Below are positions 1 to 11,228 of a DNA stretch of 64,000 nt, piece after piece (the first letter of the stretch is position 1; each line of letters starts with the position of its first letter). The notes beneath the pieces are model-generated. The model saw only the letters and a program-made list of their open reading frames with translations, was not told where the DNA came from and searched no databases. The stretch is taken from NCBI GenBank assembly GCA_046725935.1, contig JBKOZO010000073.1:9341-73340 (forward strand), in the 5' to 3' direction. The stretch is from Acidobacteriota bacterium. Its GTDB lineage: Bacteria; Acidobacteriota; Thermoanaerobaculia; UBA5066; Gp7-AA6. A program made the position numbers and the translations under genes.

Positions 1-1271
1 ACGAGATCACCGGCATGGACGCCGGCGCCGACGTCGACGTCGTCAGGGGCGAGGAAGGCCAGGAGATCGACCTCTCGGACCTCGCGAAGTCCTCGGAGTC
101 GGCGCCGATCATCAAGGTCTCCAACCTCATCCTGATCGAGGCCCTGAAGGCCGGCGCGTCAGATATCCACGTCGAGCCCTACGAGAAGGAGTTCCGCGTC
201 CGGTTCCGGATCGACGGCATCCTCCACAACATCATGGCGCTGCCGATGCGGACGCGCGACCCCCTGATCTCGCGCCTGAAGATCATGGCCAAGCTGGACA
301 TCTCCGAGAAGCGCCTCCCGCAGGACGGCCGGATCAAGATCCGCCTGCGCGTCGAGGAGCGCTCCCGCGACCTCGACCTGCGTGTCTCCTCGGTGCCCAC
401 GCACTTCGGGGAGAAGGTCGTCATGCGCCTTCTCGACAAGTCGAAGCTTCAGCTCGACATGACGCAGCTCGGCTTCGACCAGGAGCCACTGCGCCGCTTC
501 AAGGACGCGATCGACCGCCCCTACGGCATCGTCCTCGTCACGGGACCGACGGGCTCGGGAAAGACCAACACGCTCTATTCCGCGATCGCGGCGCTCAACG
601 ACCCGACCGTCAACATCATGACGGCCGAGGATCCGATCGAGTTCAACCTCGCCGGGATCAACCAGGTCCAGATGAAGGAGCAGATCGGCCTGACGTTCGC
701 CTCCGCGCTGCGGTCCTTCCTGCGCCAGGACCCCGACATCATCCTCGTGGGCGAGGTCCGCGACTTCGAGACGGCCGAAATCGCGGTGAAGGCGGCGCTG
801 ACCGGCCACCTCGTGCTCTCGACACTCCACACCAACGACGCCCCGTCCACGATCAACCGCTTGATGAATATGGGCATCGAGCCCTTCCTCGTGGCGACGT
901 CGGTCAACTGCATCTGCGCGCAGCGCCTGGTCCGCCGGATCTGCTCGCAGTGCCCGGAGGAAGTCGAGACGCCTCCGCAGATGCTGATCCAGGTCGGTTT
1001 CGCCCCCGACGAGGTCAAGTCGCTGAAGATCAAGCGCGGGCGAGGCTGCGAGCGCTGCAACAACACCGGCTACAAGGGTCGGGTCGGCCTCTTCGAGGTT
1101 CTCCTCTTCACCGACGAGATCCGGGACATGATCCTCTCGGGCGCTTCCTCGATCGAGTTGAAGCGAAAGGCGATCGAAGAGGGCATGGTCAGCCTGCGGA
1201 TGTCCGGCCTCCAGAAGATTCGGGAGGGCGCGACGACGCTGGAGGAAGTGCTCCGCGAAACCGTCCTCTAG
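1..1271 (+). CDS. pilB: Type IV pilus assembly ATPase PilB/GspE family, C-terminal ~420 aa (5' end outside window)
   Basis: The frame is open from the window edge (codon phase from nt 3). It has Walker A GPTGSGKT and a C-terminal tetracysteine CSQC...CERC typical of PilB/GspE ATPases. Confidence 0.9.
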   Translation, partial: EITGMDAGADVDVVRGEEGQEIDLSDLAKSSESAPIIKVSNLILIEALKAGASDIHVEPYEKEFRVRFRIDGILHNIMALPMRTRDPLISRLKIMAKLDISEKRLPQDGRIKIRLRVEERSRDLDLRVSSVPTHFGEKVVMRLLDKSKLQLDMTQLGFDQEPLRRFKDAIDRPYGIVLVTGPTGSGKTNTLYSAIAALNDPTVNIMTAEDPIEFNLAGINQVQMKEQIGLTFASALRSFLRQDPDIILVGEVRDFETAEIAVKAALTGHLVLSTLHTNDAPSTINRLMNMGIEPFLVATSVNCICAQRLVRRICSQCPEEVETPPQMLIQVGFAPDEVKSLKIKRGRGCERCNNTGYKGRVGLFEVLLFTDEIRDMILSGASSIELKRKAIEEGMVSLRMSGLQKIREGATTLEEVLRETVL

Positions 1272-1280
1272 CTTTGAGTC

Positions 1281-1364
1281 TCAGGTTCCAAGTTCCAAGT
1301 TTCAGGTCGGCGGTGACTTCGGACACAACCTGGAACCTGGAACCTGAAACCGACGCGAAGTCAC
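1281..1364 (+). other. Structured element in the pilB-pilT spacer: 20-bp imperfect inverted repeat plus a loop-to-3' complementarity (pseudoknot-capable)
   Basis: 1281-1300 tcaggttccaagttccaagt pairs with 1328-1347 acctggaacctggaacctga (18/20). Loop segment gtgacttcg (1313-1321) is complementary to cgaagtcac (1356-1364). The arms are built from 7-mer tandem units GTTCCAA and AACCTGG. Confidence 0.5.
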
Positions 1365-1433
1365 TGAACCGTCTTTATTTCCCTCAGGGGACAGCGTACA
1401 CTTACCGCCAAACTCAAATCGGGGGACCGTTGT

Positions 1434-2552
1434 ATGGCGACTGATGCCACTCTCCATGGCCTTTTGAAGCAAATGGTCGAGATGGGAGCCTCGGACCTCC
1501 ATCTGACCACCAGCTCTCCCCCGATGGTTCGCCTCGACGGCAAGCTGATCCCGCTTCCCTATCCGCCGCTGACGGTTCCGGAGACCAAGCAGCTGGCGTA
1601 CTCGGTCTTGACCGACGCCCAGAAGCACCGCTTCGAGGAAAACCTCGAGCTCGACTTTTCCTTCGGGGTCAAGAGCCTCGCCCGCTTCCGCGCCAACAAC
1701 TTCATGCAGCGCGGTGCCACAGCCGGCGTGTACCGGCAGATCCCCTACGAGATCCTGGGCTTCAAGGAGCTGGGGCTGCCGCCTGTGGTCGAGCTGCTCT
1801 GCGACAAGCCCCGCGGCCTGATCCTCGTGTGCGGCCCGACGGGCTCGGGCAAGACGACGACGCAGGCCGCGATGATCGACAAGATCAACCGCGAGAAGCA
1901 GCTCCACATCGTGACGATCGAGGACCCGATCGAGTTCCTCCACGGGCACAAGAAGTGCCTCGTCAACCAGCGCGAGCTGCACGCCGACACGCACTCTTTC
2001 TCCAACGCCCTGCGCGCGGTCCTGCGCGAAGACCCCGACGTCGTTCTCATCGGCGAGATGCGCGACCTCGAGACCATCGAGGCCGCGCTGCGGATCGCTG
2101 AGACGGGCCACCTCACGCTGGCGACCCTGCACACCAACTCGGCCACGACCTCGATCAACCGCATCATCGACGTCTTCCCCGCGCACCAGCAGAGCCAGAT
2201 CCGGACGCAGCTGTCCTTCGTTCTCGAAGGCATCATGTGTCAGACGCTGCTCGAGCGCTCCAGCGGCAAGGGCCGGGTCATGGCCCTCGAGATCCTGGTG
2301 CCCAACGCGGCCATCCGGAACCTCATCCGCGAGGACAAGATCCACCAGGTCTACTCCATGATGCAGTCGGGTCAGTCCAAGTTCGGGATGCAGACCTTCA
2401 ACCAATCGCTCGCCACCCTGTACCTGAAGAAGCTGATCACCCTCGAGGCGGCGCTCTCGCGCTCCTCCATGCCCGACGAGCTTCAGGAGCTCATCAACCG
2501 CGGGTCCGGGGTCAACGTGCCGACGGTGGCCGCCTCGGCCGGCAAGAGGTAA
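1434..2552 (+). CDS. pilT: Twitching-motility retraction ATPase PilT
   Basis: 372 aa with Walker A GPTGSGKTTT and the PilT-type ETGHLTLATLHTNSA motif. There is no N-terminal GSPII domain. It directly follows pilB. Confidence 0.93.
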   Translation: MATDATLHGLLKQMVEMGASDLHLTTSSPPMVRLDGKLIPLPYPPLTVPETKQLAYSVLTDAQKHRFEENLELDFSFGVKSLARFRANNFMQRGATAGVYRQIPYEILGFKELGLPPVVELLCDKPRGLILVCGPTGSGKTTTQAAMIDKINREKQLHIVTIEDPIEFLHGHKKCLVNQRELHADTHSFSNALRAVLREDPDVVLIGEMRDLETIEAALRIAETGHLTLATLHTNSATTSINRIIDVFPAHQQSQIRTQLSFVLEGIMCQTLLERSSGKGRVMALEILVPNAAIRNLIREDKIHQVYSMMQSGQSKFGMQTFNQSLATLYLKKLITLEAALSRSSMPDELQELINRGSGVNVPTVAASAGKR

Positions 2553-2558
2553 CGCGCG

Positions 2559-3761
2559 ATGCCGAACTTCGTCTGGAAGGGAAGAAACCGCACGGGCCTC
2601 GTCCAGGAGGGCGTGCTCGTCGCGGACACCAAGGAGGGGGCGCTTCAGACCCTCCGCCGTCAGAACATCGTCGTCACCGGCATCCGGGAGCGCGGCAAGG
2701 AAATCTCGCTCACCAAGATGGGCCGCAAGGTCCCGGCCAAGGTCCTCGCGGTCTTTACCCGCCAGTTCTCGGTCATGATCGACGCCGGTCTTCCCCTGGT
2801 CCAGTGCCTCGAGATCCTGGCCAACCAGCAGGAGCACAAGAGCTTCGCAAAGATCCTCCTCCAGGTTCGCCAGGACGTCGAGGCCGGCTCGACCCTGGCC
2901 GACGCCATGCGCCGTCATCCGAAGGCGTTCGACGACCTCTACGTCAACATGGTCGCGGCCGGCGAGGCGGGCGGTATTCTGGACACGATCCTGCAGCGTC
3001 TCTCGACCTACATCGAGAAGGCCGTGAAGCTGCGTTCGCAGGTCCGGGCCGCTCTGATCTACCCGATTGCGGTCATCTGCATCGCGGCGATCGTCGTGGC
3101 GGTCATTCTGTTGAAGGTCATCCCGACCTTCGCCGCCCTGTTCACGAGCCTCGGGGCGGAGCTGCCGTTCCCGACTCGCGTGGTCATCGCGGCGTCCAAC
3201 TTCCTGGCTCGTTACTTCGTCTTCTTCGTCATCGGCATCGCCGCTGCGGTCTTCTTCTTCCGCCGGTACTACAAGACCTACCGCGGACGGCGCGTCATCG
3301 ACGGGGCGCTGCTGAAGGCGCCGATCATCGGCATCATCCTCCGCAAGATCGCGGTCGCCCGCTTCTGCCGTACGCTCGCCACGCTGACGTCCTCGGGCGT
3401 CCCGATCCTGGAGAGCCTCGACATCACCGCCCGCACGGCCGGCAACGCCATCGTCGAAGACGCCATCGTCGAGACGCGCAAGAGCGTCGAGAACGGCAAG
3501 ACGCTCGTGGAGCCCTTGCGGGACTCCGAGGTGTTCCCGAACATGGTCGTGCAGATGATCGGCGTCGGCGAGCAGACCGGCGCTCTGGACGCCATGCTGA
3601 ACAAGATCGCCGAGTTCTACGAGGACGAGGTCGACATCGCGGTCCAGGGCCTGGTCAAGCTGCTCGAGCCCGTGATGATCTTCATCCTCGGCGTCATCAT
3701 CGGAGGTATCGTCATCGCGATGTACCTGCCGATGTTCACGCTGATCAACAAGATCGGATAA
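2559..3761 (+). CDS. pilC: Type IV pilus inner-membrane platform protein PilC (GspF family)
   Basis: 400 aa with duplicated GspF-type domains and hydrophobic TM segments. It sits 6 nt after the pilT stop. Confidence 0.92.
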   Translation: MPNFVWKGRNRTGLVQEGVLVADTKEGALQTLRRQNIVVTGIRERGKEISLTKMGRKVPAKVLAVFTRQFSVMIDAGLPLVQCLEILANQQEHKSFAKILLQVRQDVEAGSTLADAMRRHPKAFDDLYVNMVAAGEAGGILDTILQRLSTYIEKAVKLRSQVRAALIYPIAVICIAAIVVAVILLKVIPTFAALFTSLGAELPFPTRVVIAASNFLARYFVFFVIGIAAAVFFFRRYYKTYRGRRVIDGALLKAPIIGIILRKIAVARFCRTLATLTSSGVPILESLDITARTAGNAIVEDAIVETRKSVENGKTLVEPLRDSEVFPNMVVQMIGVGEQTGALDAMLNKIAEFYEDEVDIAVQGLVKLLEPVMIFILGVIIGGIVIAMYLPMFTLINKIG

Positions 3762-3770
3762 GACGGCGTC

Positions 3771-3798
3771 GTGAGCCGGGAGCCGTGAGCCGGGAGCC
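3771..3798. repeat. Perfect tandem duplication of a 14-mer (gtgagccgggagcc x2) just after the pilC stop
   Basis: 3771-3784 and 3785-3798 are identical. It is followed by a GC hairpin-like stretch and gggttttcgg (about 3825-3840), which may be a weak terminator. Confidence 0.8.
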
Positions 3799-3854
3799 GC
3801 TCGACGCGGGAATCTTCGGCTGCTGGCTCCGGGTTTTCGGTTACCGGCGTTAGC

Positions 3855-5515
3855 GTGGACGACTCTCTCCGCCGCTCTCTTTTCTGGCTGACGACGATCC
3901 GGATCGTCGTCTTCTTCCTCATCCTCTTATCCGCGATCCTGGTCCAGGTCGGGTCCGAGGCCGAGGTCGAGATCTCGTACCTCTACCTCCTTTGCGCCCT
4001 GGCCTTCGTCCTGTCGCTCTTCCACTGGACGGTGGGGCGCCTCCTGCCTCCCCAGACCGAGGCCTACGTCCAGATCGCGGGGGACCTCGCGCTGGTGTGC
4101 CTCCTCGTCTACTCGTCGGGCGGACCCAACTCCGTGTTCACGTTTCTCTACCTCGTCGTCATCGGGGCCGCGGCGTTCCTCCTCTACCGGACGGGAGCCG
4201 TGGTCATCGCCTCGATCGCGGCGCTCCTCCACGGGCTTCTCGTCGAGCTGACCGCGTACGAGGTCCTGCCGCGCCCCCGGATGGCACCCGCGGCGCACTG
4301 GGGCCTCGAACGCACCGGCTACAACCTCGCGATCACCATCATCGGCTTCTACGGCGTGGCGTTCATGGTGTCGTACCTCTCCGAGAAGCTGCGCGGAACG
4401 CGGCAGGAGCTGGAGAGCCGCCAGCGGGCCCTCTCCCGGATCCAGACCCTCTACGCCAACGTCATCGCGTCCATGTCCTCAGGGCTGGTGACCGCCGACT
4501 CCAAGCAGCGTGTGACATTCCTCAATCAGGCGGGCGGCGACATCCTGGGCGTCGTGCCCGCGCGCGCCACCGGGCGCCTGCTCGCGGACATCGGCCTGGA
4601 CCTCCCGGCGGAATGGGAGCAGATCCGCCACCGGACGCGCGGCCGCGACGGCTACCGGGCCGAGGTCGAGATCCAGCGCGGCGACGCCCGCCGCATGCTC
4701 GGCTATTCGCTGCGGGCGCTGAAAGACGGCAGCGGGGAGGACGGGGCGCTCATCGTGTTCCAGGACCTGACGGAGGTCAAGAAGCTCGAGCGCCAGGCCC
4801 GCTTCAACGAGCAGCTCGCGGCGGTCGGCGAGCTCGCCGCCGGCATCGCGCACGAGATCCGCAACCCCCTCGCATCCATTTCGGGATCGGTCCAGGTCCT
4901 CTCCCACGAGCTCTCGGTCGGATCCGCCGAGCGCCGCCTGATGGAGATCATCGTCTCCGAGTCCAAACGCCTGTCCAAGATCCTCGAGGAGTTCCTGCGT
5001 TTCGTGCGCCCGCAGGAGCGCCGCGTCGCCGTCTTCGACGTCGCAACCAACATCCAGGAAGTGCTGGACCTCTTCCGTCTCTCCGACGAGGTCTCCGACG
5101 CGCACCACATCGCGCACGACGTCGTGCCGCCGGTATCGCTGCTCGCGGGCGACCGCGATCAGATCCGCCAGATCGTCTACAACGTCGCCAAGAACGCGGT
5201 GCGCGCGATGCCCGACGGAGGCGCGCTGACGGTGGAAGGCCGCGAGAACGGCGCGTGGTATAGCATCAAGTTCCGCGACACCGGCCGCGGAATGAACGAG
5301 GAAGAGATCGCCCGCGTCTTCACCCCCTTCTCGACGGCCTTCGACGGCGGCACCGGACTGGGCATGGCGATCGTCCGGCGCATCGTGGAGGACCACGGCG
5401 GCGCGATCGACGTCGAGTCGGCTCCCGGCGAAGGCACGACCGTGACGATCCTCCTTCCCCGAAACGCCACCGAGGCCGCGGCGGTCTCCGCGCCCCGAGA
5501 GGCCCACACCATCCA

Positions 5516-5519
<4 letters not shown>
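3855..5519 (+). CDS. pilS: Membrane sensor histidine kinase, PilS-like
   Basis: 554 aa with a GTG start and about 6 N-terminal TM helices. It has H-box AAGIAHEIRNPL and ATPase boxes DTGRGM and GTGLGMAIV. Its stop overlaps the pilR start. Confidence 0.8.
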
Positions 5520-6948
<1,429 letters not shown>

Positions 6949-6952
<4 letters not shown>

Positions 6953-7551
6953 AGCGGGGCCTCGCCACGAGCGCCGCCGCGTGCGCCATGGCCGCCCTCT
7001 CCTGCGGCGCGGCGCCGGCTCCCCCGCCCCCTCCGAATCCGTCCCCGAGTCCCGCGGCCGCGGCATCCGGCCCGCACGCGGTGATGCCATCCGGCGCCGT
7101 GTACCGGCTGGAGCTGGCGCTGACCCCCGAGGACCAGGCACAGGGGTTGATGTTTCGCGAGAACCTTCCCGATCGGACCGGAATGCTGTTCGTCTTTCCG
7201 GAAGCGGCGCCGCATCACTTCTGGATGAAGAACACGATGATCCCGCTCGACATGATCTGGATGGACGAGAGCGGCCGCGTGGCCTTCGTTTCGGCCCACA
7301 CGCCGCCGTGCAAGGCGGATCCGTGTCCGACCTACGGCCCGGACTCCACCGTCAGCCAGGTGCTGGAGATCGCCGGAGGGATGGCCGAGAAGGAAGGGAT
7401 TCGCGAGGGATCGGTGCTGAAGCTGATCGACACTCCGCCGGCGGCTACGGTTCGAACAGAAACAACCCGTCCCCCATCGTCCCCACGTACACCCTCCCCC
7501 CGCGTGCCTCCGCGGCCGCGGCCAGGGGCAGCGAAGGACGGGGGCTCGTAA
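6949..7551 (+). CDS. DUF192 family protein with lipoprotein-type signal
   Basis: The ATG overlaps the pilR stop. It has signal/lipobox AALSCG and DUF192 core motifs GLMFRE, MLFVF and FWMKNTMIPLDMIW. The last ~107 nt overlap the convergent BNR gene. Confidence 0.7.
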
Positions 7552-9277
7552 ACGCCCGGCGGCTGCTCCCCTCCTGCCAGAACAGAGTCCCGTCCACTTC
7601 CTGGAGGTTGGACCATCCGCCGACGGGCTTGGACGAGGCGGCGTTCTGCATGAAGATCCCACCTCCCAGGAGCGCCTTCTTCTTCGTGGACCACGCGGCT
7701 CCGTCCCAGTAGGCGACGGAGCCGCCCGAGCGGACCTCGAGCACCGCTTCGCCGTTGCGGTCGGCGAGAAGCTCGGCCCCGCTCGCCGACCGAAGTCCTC
7801 CCGGAACGGATGCGAAGCGCGCTCCGTCGATGGTCGAGAAGACGCCCTCGGTCGTCACGAGCACGGGATGCTCGAAGGGCGCGCCGTAGAGCGCGATCGG
7901 CACGCCGGGGGGCGCTTCGCGCGGCGGGGACCAGCGGGCTCCGCCGTCCCGCGACACGCGCACGCCCTGCGCGCTCGCGACGAGCCAGACCGTGCGGCCG
8001 TCGGCGGCCCGGAAGGCGGCCAGCGAGGCCGAGGCCGGAAGCGGGTCGAGCGAGACCTTGCGGACCTCGCGGCCCGCGGCTTCCCACACGCCGCTCTCCT
8101 CGCCGGCGAACGCCCGGAAGAAGAGCACACGGTCGGGATTGGACGGATCGGCGACGAGCTCGGAGACGCGGCTCTCCGGCAGACCCCGCGATCCCGGCGT
8201 CAGCGTGCGCCCCCCGTCGTCCGACGTGAAGACTCCTTCCCCTTCGGTCCCGATGAAGAGACGTCCAGTGTGGCGATCCACCTCGAGCGCCGTGACGACG
8301 AGTGACTCGCGGGTGACGCGGGCCCACGTCTGGCCCCCGTCTTCGGAGCGGTGAAGCCCGCCCACGGTCGCCGCGTACACGACGCCCTCGCGGGTCGGAT
8401 CGCGGCGCACGGCGTGGGAGCGGCGATTCGTGAATCCGGTGGTGAAGCGCGTCCAGCGGTCGCCTCCGTCGCGCGTGCGATAGACCCAGCCGCACGTGGA
8501 TACCCAGATGTCGCGCGGGTCGGCGGAGGCGAAGTCCCACGCGTACACCGTGGCATCGAGGACCATGCCCTCGGCGATCCGCATCCAGCTCGAGCCGTCG
8601 TCGCGCGTCCGAAACGCCTGCCGCCAGGTGCCGGCATAGAGCGTGCGGCGGTCCGCCGGATCGAACGCCAGAGACTCGACCTGCTGCAGGCCGGCGACGC
8701 CCTGGCCGGTCTCGGCCCACGTCTGGCCGGCGTCTCGAGAGATCCGGACGCCGTCGTCGCCGCCGACGGCGAGCATCCGCGGCGAGCCCGGCGCGATCGC
8801 GAGCGCGCGCGTCGCGACGCTTCGCGAAGAGGTCAGCAGCGTCGTCCAGGTCGCGCCGCGGTCGTCGCTGCGGACGACGAGGCCTCCGGTCAGCTCCCCG
8901 GCGAGAGACGCCCAGAGTCTTCCGGGAACCGACGGGTCCGCCTGGAGACCGGTGACGTAGTAGCCGGGGAACGCGGGACCCGAAGCCAGCGGCTGCCAGG
9001 TCGCGCCGGCGTCTTTGGAGCCGTAGAAGTTTCCGCGCGAGGTTCCGCAGTAGACCGTGCCGGGCGCGAAGGGATCGAGGGCGAACGCGCGAATCTCAGC
9101 TCCCCAGAGCGGAAGGCGCCACCACGCGGCGGCGCGCGCCGCGTCCGCGGCGAGCACGCACGCCGCCGCCGCGAGGGCGAAGCCCCCGAGCCGGCGCCTC
9201 CATTGTTTCCGCACGCGGCTATTGTACGGGCTCTCCCGAAGAACGCAGTGACGAGGGATCCCGAGCTCGATTGCCAC
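7445..9277 (-). CDS. Secreted BNR/Asp-box repeat beta-propeller protein (sialidase/Ycf48-like fold)
   Basis: It has eight SxDxGxTW-type boxes: SKDAGATW, SDDRGATW, SRDAGQTW, TRDDGSSW, TRDGGDRW, SEDGGQTW, SDDGGRTL and SRDGGARW. A hydrophobic signal-like N-terminus is present. An alternative GTG start near 9214 is possible. Confidence 0.75.
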   Translation of the reverse strand: MAIELGIPRHCVLRESPYNSRVRKQWRRRLGGFALAAAACVLAADAARAAAWWRLPLWGAEIRAFALDPFAPGTVYCGTSRGNFYGSKDAGATWQPLASGPAFPGYYVTGLQADPSVPGRLWASLAGELTGGLVVRSDDRGATWTTLLTSSRSVATRALAIAPGSPRMLAVGGDDGVRISRDAGQTWAETGQGVAGLQQVESLAFDPADRRTLYAGTWRQAFRTRDDGSSWMRIAEGMVLDATVYAWDFASADPRDIWVSTCGWVYRTRDGGDRWTRFTTGFTNRRSHAVRRDPTREGVVYAATVGGLHRSEDGGQTWARVTRESLVVTALEVDRHTGRLFIGTEGEGVFTSDDGGRTLTPGSRGLPESRVSELVADPSNPDRVLFFRAFAGEESGVWEAAGREVRKVSLDPLPASASLAAFRAADGRTVWLVASAQGVRVSRDGGARWSPPREAPPGVPIALYGAPFEHPVLVTTEGVFSTIDGARFASVPGGLRSASGAELLADRNGEAVLEVRSGGSVAYWDGAAWSTKKKALLGGGIFMQNAASSKPVGGWSNLQEVDGTLFWQEGSSRRAFTSPRPSLPLAAAAEARGGRVYVGTMGDGLFLFEP

Positions 9278-9347
9278 GACCTCGGATCGAGCACGGGATC
9301 CCTGCGCTCGGGATGACCGGCAGCGGACGCCTTGCTAAACTGCCTCC

Positions 9348-10217
9348 GTGCCGAAGATCCGCGTGGCCGTCTTCCCCGCCGCGGGCCTCGGCACCCGGTT
9401 CCTGCCAGCCACAAAGGCGCAGCCCAAGGAGATGCTCCCGCTCGTCGACCGTCCGCTCATCCAGTACGTCGTCGAGGAAGCCCGGGACGCCGGCATCTCC
9501 CGCATCGTCATCGTGACCGGACGCGGCAAAAACGCCATCGAAGACCACTTCGACACCTCGTACGAGCTCGAGCGCACGCTCGAGGAGAAGGGCAAGAACC
9601 TGCTCCTCGGCGAGGTCCGGGAGGTCGCGGAGCTCATCCCGGTCTCCTACGTCCGGCAGAAGCAGGCGCTGGGTCTCGGCCACGCCGTGCTGCAGGCGCG
9701 CGATCTCGTCGGCGACCAGCCGTTCGCGGTCATGCTCGGAGACGACATCGTGGACGCCGAGGAGCCCTGCATCGGCCAGATGATTCGGCTCTACGAGCGG
9801 CGCGGCAACCCGGTGATCGCGCTCCAGGAAGTGCCGCGCTCCGAGACGCGCCAGTACGGAATCGTCGCCGGGGAGAAGATCGAAGACCGCGTGGTCCGCG
9901 TGACGGACATGGTCGAGAAGCCGTCGCCCGAGAATGCGCCATCGAACCTCGCGATCATCGGCCGGTACCTCCTGCCGCCCGAGATCTTCGGCATTCTCGG
10001 CGAGACCAAGCCCGAGGTCGGCGGCGAGATCCAGCTGACGAGCGCTCTGAAGACGCTCCTGTCGCGCCGGCCCGTCGACGGGTACCTCTTCGAAGGGAAA
10101 CGCTACGACGCCGGAGACAAGCTCGGGTTTCTCAAGGCGACGGTGGAGTTCGCGTTGAAACGCCCCGATCTCGGCGCGCCGTTTCGCGAGTACCTGAAGG
10201 CCCTCAAGCTCGACTGA
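9348..10217 (+). CDS. galU: UTP-glucose-1-phosphate uridylyltransferase
   Basis: 289 aa with N-terminal FPAAGLGTRFLPATKAQPKEMLP and VEKP motifs typical of GalU. It uses a GTG start. Confidence 0.92.
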   Translation: MPKIRVAVFPAAGLGTRFLPATKAQPKEMLPLVDRPLIQYVVEEARDAGISRIVIVTGRGKNAIEDHFDTSYELERTLEEKGKNLLLGEVREVAELIPVSYVRQKQALGLGHAVLQARDLVGDQPFAVMLGDDIVDAEEPCIGQMIRLYERRGNPVIALQEVPRSETRQYGIVAGEKIEDRVVRVTDMVEKPSPENAPSNLAIIGRYLLPPEIFGILGETKPEVGGEIQLTSALKTLLSRRPVDGYLFEGKRYDAGDKLGFLKATVEFALKRPDLGAPFREYLKALKLD

Positions 10218-10234
10218 GACCCCGAAGAGCAGTC

Positions 10235-10250
10235 TGGCACCGGGATTGCT
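10235..10250 (+). promoter_or_regulatory. Candidate sigma-54 promoter (-24/-12) for the 10295 lipoprotein gene
   Basis: TGGCACcgggaTTGCT matches the consensus perfectly with GG-N10-GC spacing. The predicted TSS is about 10261, giving a 34-nt leader with SD AAGGAGG. Confidence 0.7.
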
Positions 10251-10294
10251 CTCCTCTCCATGTCTGGCACTCCGGCCAGACCCAAGGAGGTTGC

Positions 10295-10795
10295 ATGTCC
10301 TCGATTCCTCTTCGTGTCTCTCGCGGTGTTCTCGTTTCACTCTTTCTCGCCTCGCTCGGCCTCGTCTCCGCCTGCAACGACAACAACGACGTCACCGGGA
10401 CAGGCGGCGCTCTGGTGCGCCTCAACGTCGACGCCCCCGATTCGGCGGCCTCGGGTCAGCCGTTCAACGTGAATGTCTCGGCCCAGAACATCGGCGTCAC
10501 CAACGTGGGCAACGGCGTCGTCACCGTGACGCTCCCATCTCCCCTGACCGTCGTCAGCGTCAACGCCGAGTCGGGCACCTCGGCCACGTTTTCCAACTCG
10601 GGGACCGGTGCGACGGTCAACTGGCAGCTCAACACGCTCGATTCCAACTCTTCTTCGAACCTGACGATCCAGGCCACGGGGACGCTGGCGCCCGGAGCGC
10701 CGAATCTTCCGGTCGCCATCCAGGCTCAACTGACGGCGGATGGAATCAATCCGGGCCAGTCCGTGGCCACCGACACGGTGACCCTGATGCAGTGA
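10295..10795 (+). CDS. Small lipoprotein with DUF11/CARDB-like Ig-fold repeat
   Basis: It has SD AAGGAGG and a signal plus lipobox LGLVSAC. The body is a beta-rich N/S/T/V sequence (FNVNVSAQNIGVTNVGNGVVTVTLP) resembling DUF11-type domains. Confidence 0.6.
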   Translation: MSSIPLRVSRGVLVSLFLASLGLVSACNDNNDVTGTGGALVRLNVDAPDSAASGQPFNVNVSAQNIGVTNVGNGVVTVTLPSPLTVVSVNAESGTSATFSNSGTGATVNWQLNTLDSNSSSNLTIQATGTLAPGAPNLPVAIQAQLTADGINPGQSVATDTVTLMQ

Positions 10796-10867
10796 CCCGG
10801 AGAGCTCTCTTGCGTCGGGAAGTGAGACCGGGTGGGCCCTCCGCGGAGAGCCCGCCCGGTCGCGCTG

Positions 10868-11176
10868 TCAGCGCTCGAGTTGGAAGGAAAGCTTGGCCGG
10901 ACGGGAAACGGGAGCGTTCTGCGGACTCGCGGCCTTGGTCTGGCTCGCGCCCGTGGGGTTCGTGCGCACCGCCCCGGAACGGCCGCCCGGAACCTGATGC
11001 GTCTGCCGCGAGGCGTCGGGCCAGCACGGCTCGAGGCCCGCGGGATACGCCGACGGACAGAAGAACGGACTGATCCGACACATAGCCGAGACGTCGGCGC
11101 ATGGCCGCACGACGTCGGATCGCGGGGGCGCCTGCGCGGCGACCGCCGCCGACAAGACCACGTGAGCCAGAAGCAT
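10868..11176 (-). CDS. Small secreted protein with 4 Cys, unknown function
   Basis: The internal ATG has SD GGAGG 8 nt upstream. It has signal peptide MLLAHVVLSAAVAAQA, and a sigma-54-like motif lies upstream. Confidence 0.45.
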   Translation of the reverse strand: MLLAHVVLSAAVAAQAPPRSDVVRPCADVSAMCRISPFFCPSAYPAGLEPCWPDASRQTHQVPGGRSGAVRTNPTGASQTKAASPQNAPVSRPAKLSFQLER

Positions 11177-11228
11177 GACCAGCACCTCCAGGTTTGGACG
11201 CTCCCGAGTGAGCGCACCGCCTGGAAAC

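Noticed and set aside
1281-1347. Short tandem 7-mers (and the 14-mer duplication at 3771-3798) considered as CRISPR-like or satellite repeats.
   Set aside because: There are only two to three units and no spacers. They are better explained as stem-forming or slippage repeats. No CRISPR array is visible anywhere in the window.
1302-2918. Very long ORFs antisense to or overlapping well-supported genes. Examples: 1302-2918(-), 5177-7141(-), 10746-12752(-), 17385-19493(+), 38458-40410(+), 49960-52092(-).
   Set aside because: They are typical stop-codon-poor artefacts of high-GC DNA. Their translations are Arg/Pro/Gly/Ala-rich with no recognisable motifs, and each overlaps a gene with clear family signatures on the other strand or in another frame.
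9317-9336. CCGGCAGCGGACGCCTTGCT upstream of galU as a sigma-54 promoter.
   Set aside because: The spacing between GG and GC is 3 nt too long.
10265-10270. Second TGGCAC 24 nt downstream of the 10235 promoter.
   Set aside because: No TTGC-like -12 element follows at the required distance. It lies inside the predicted leader, so it is noted only as a repeat of tctggcac.
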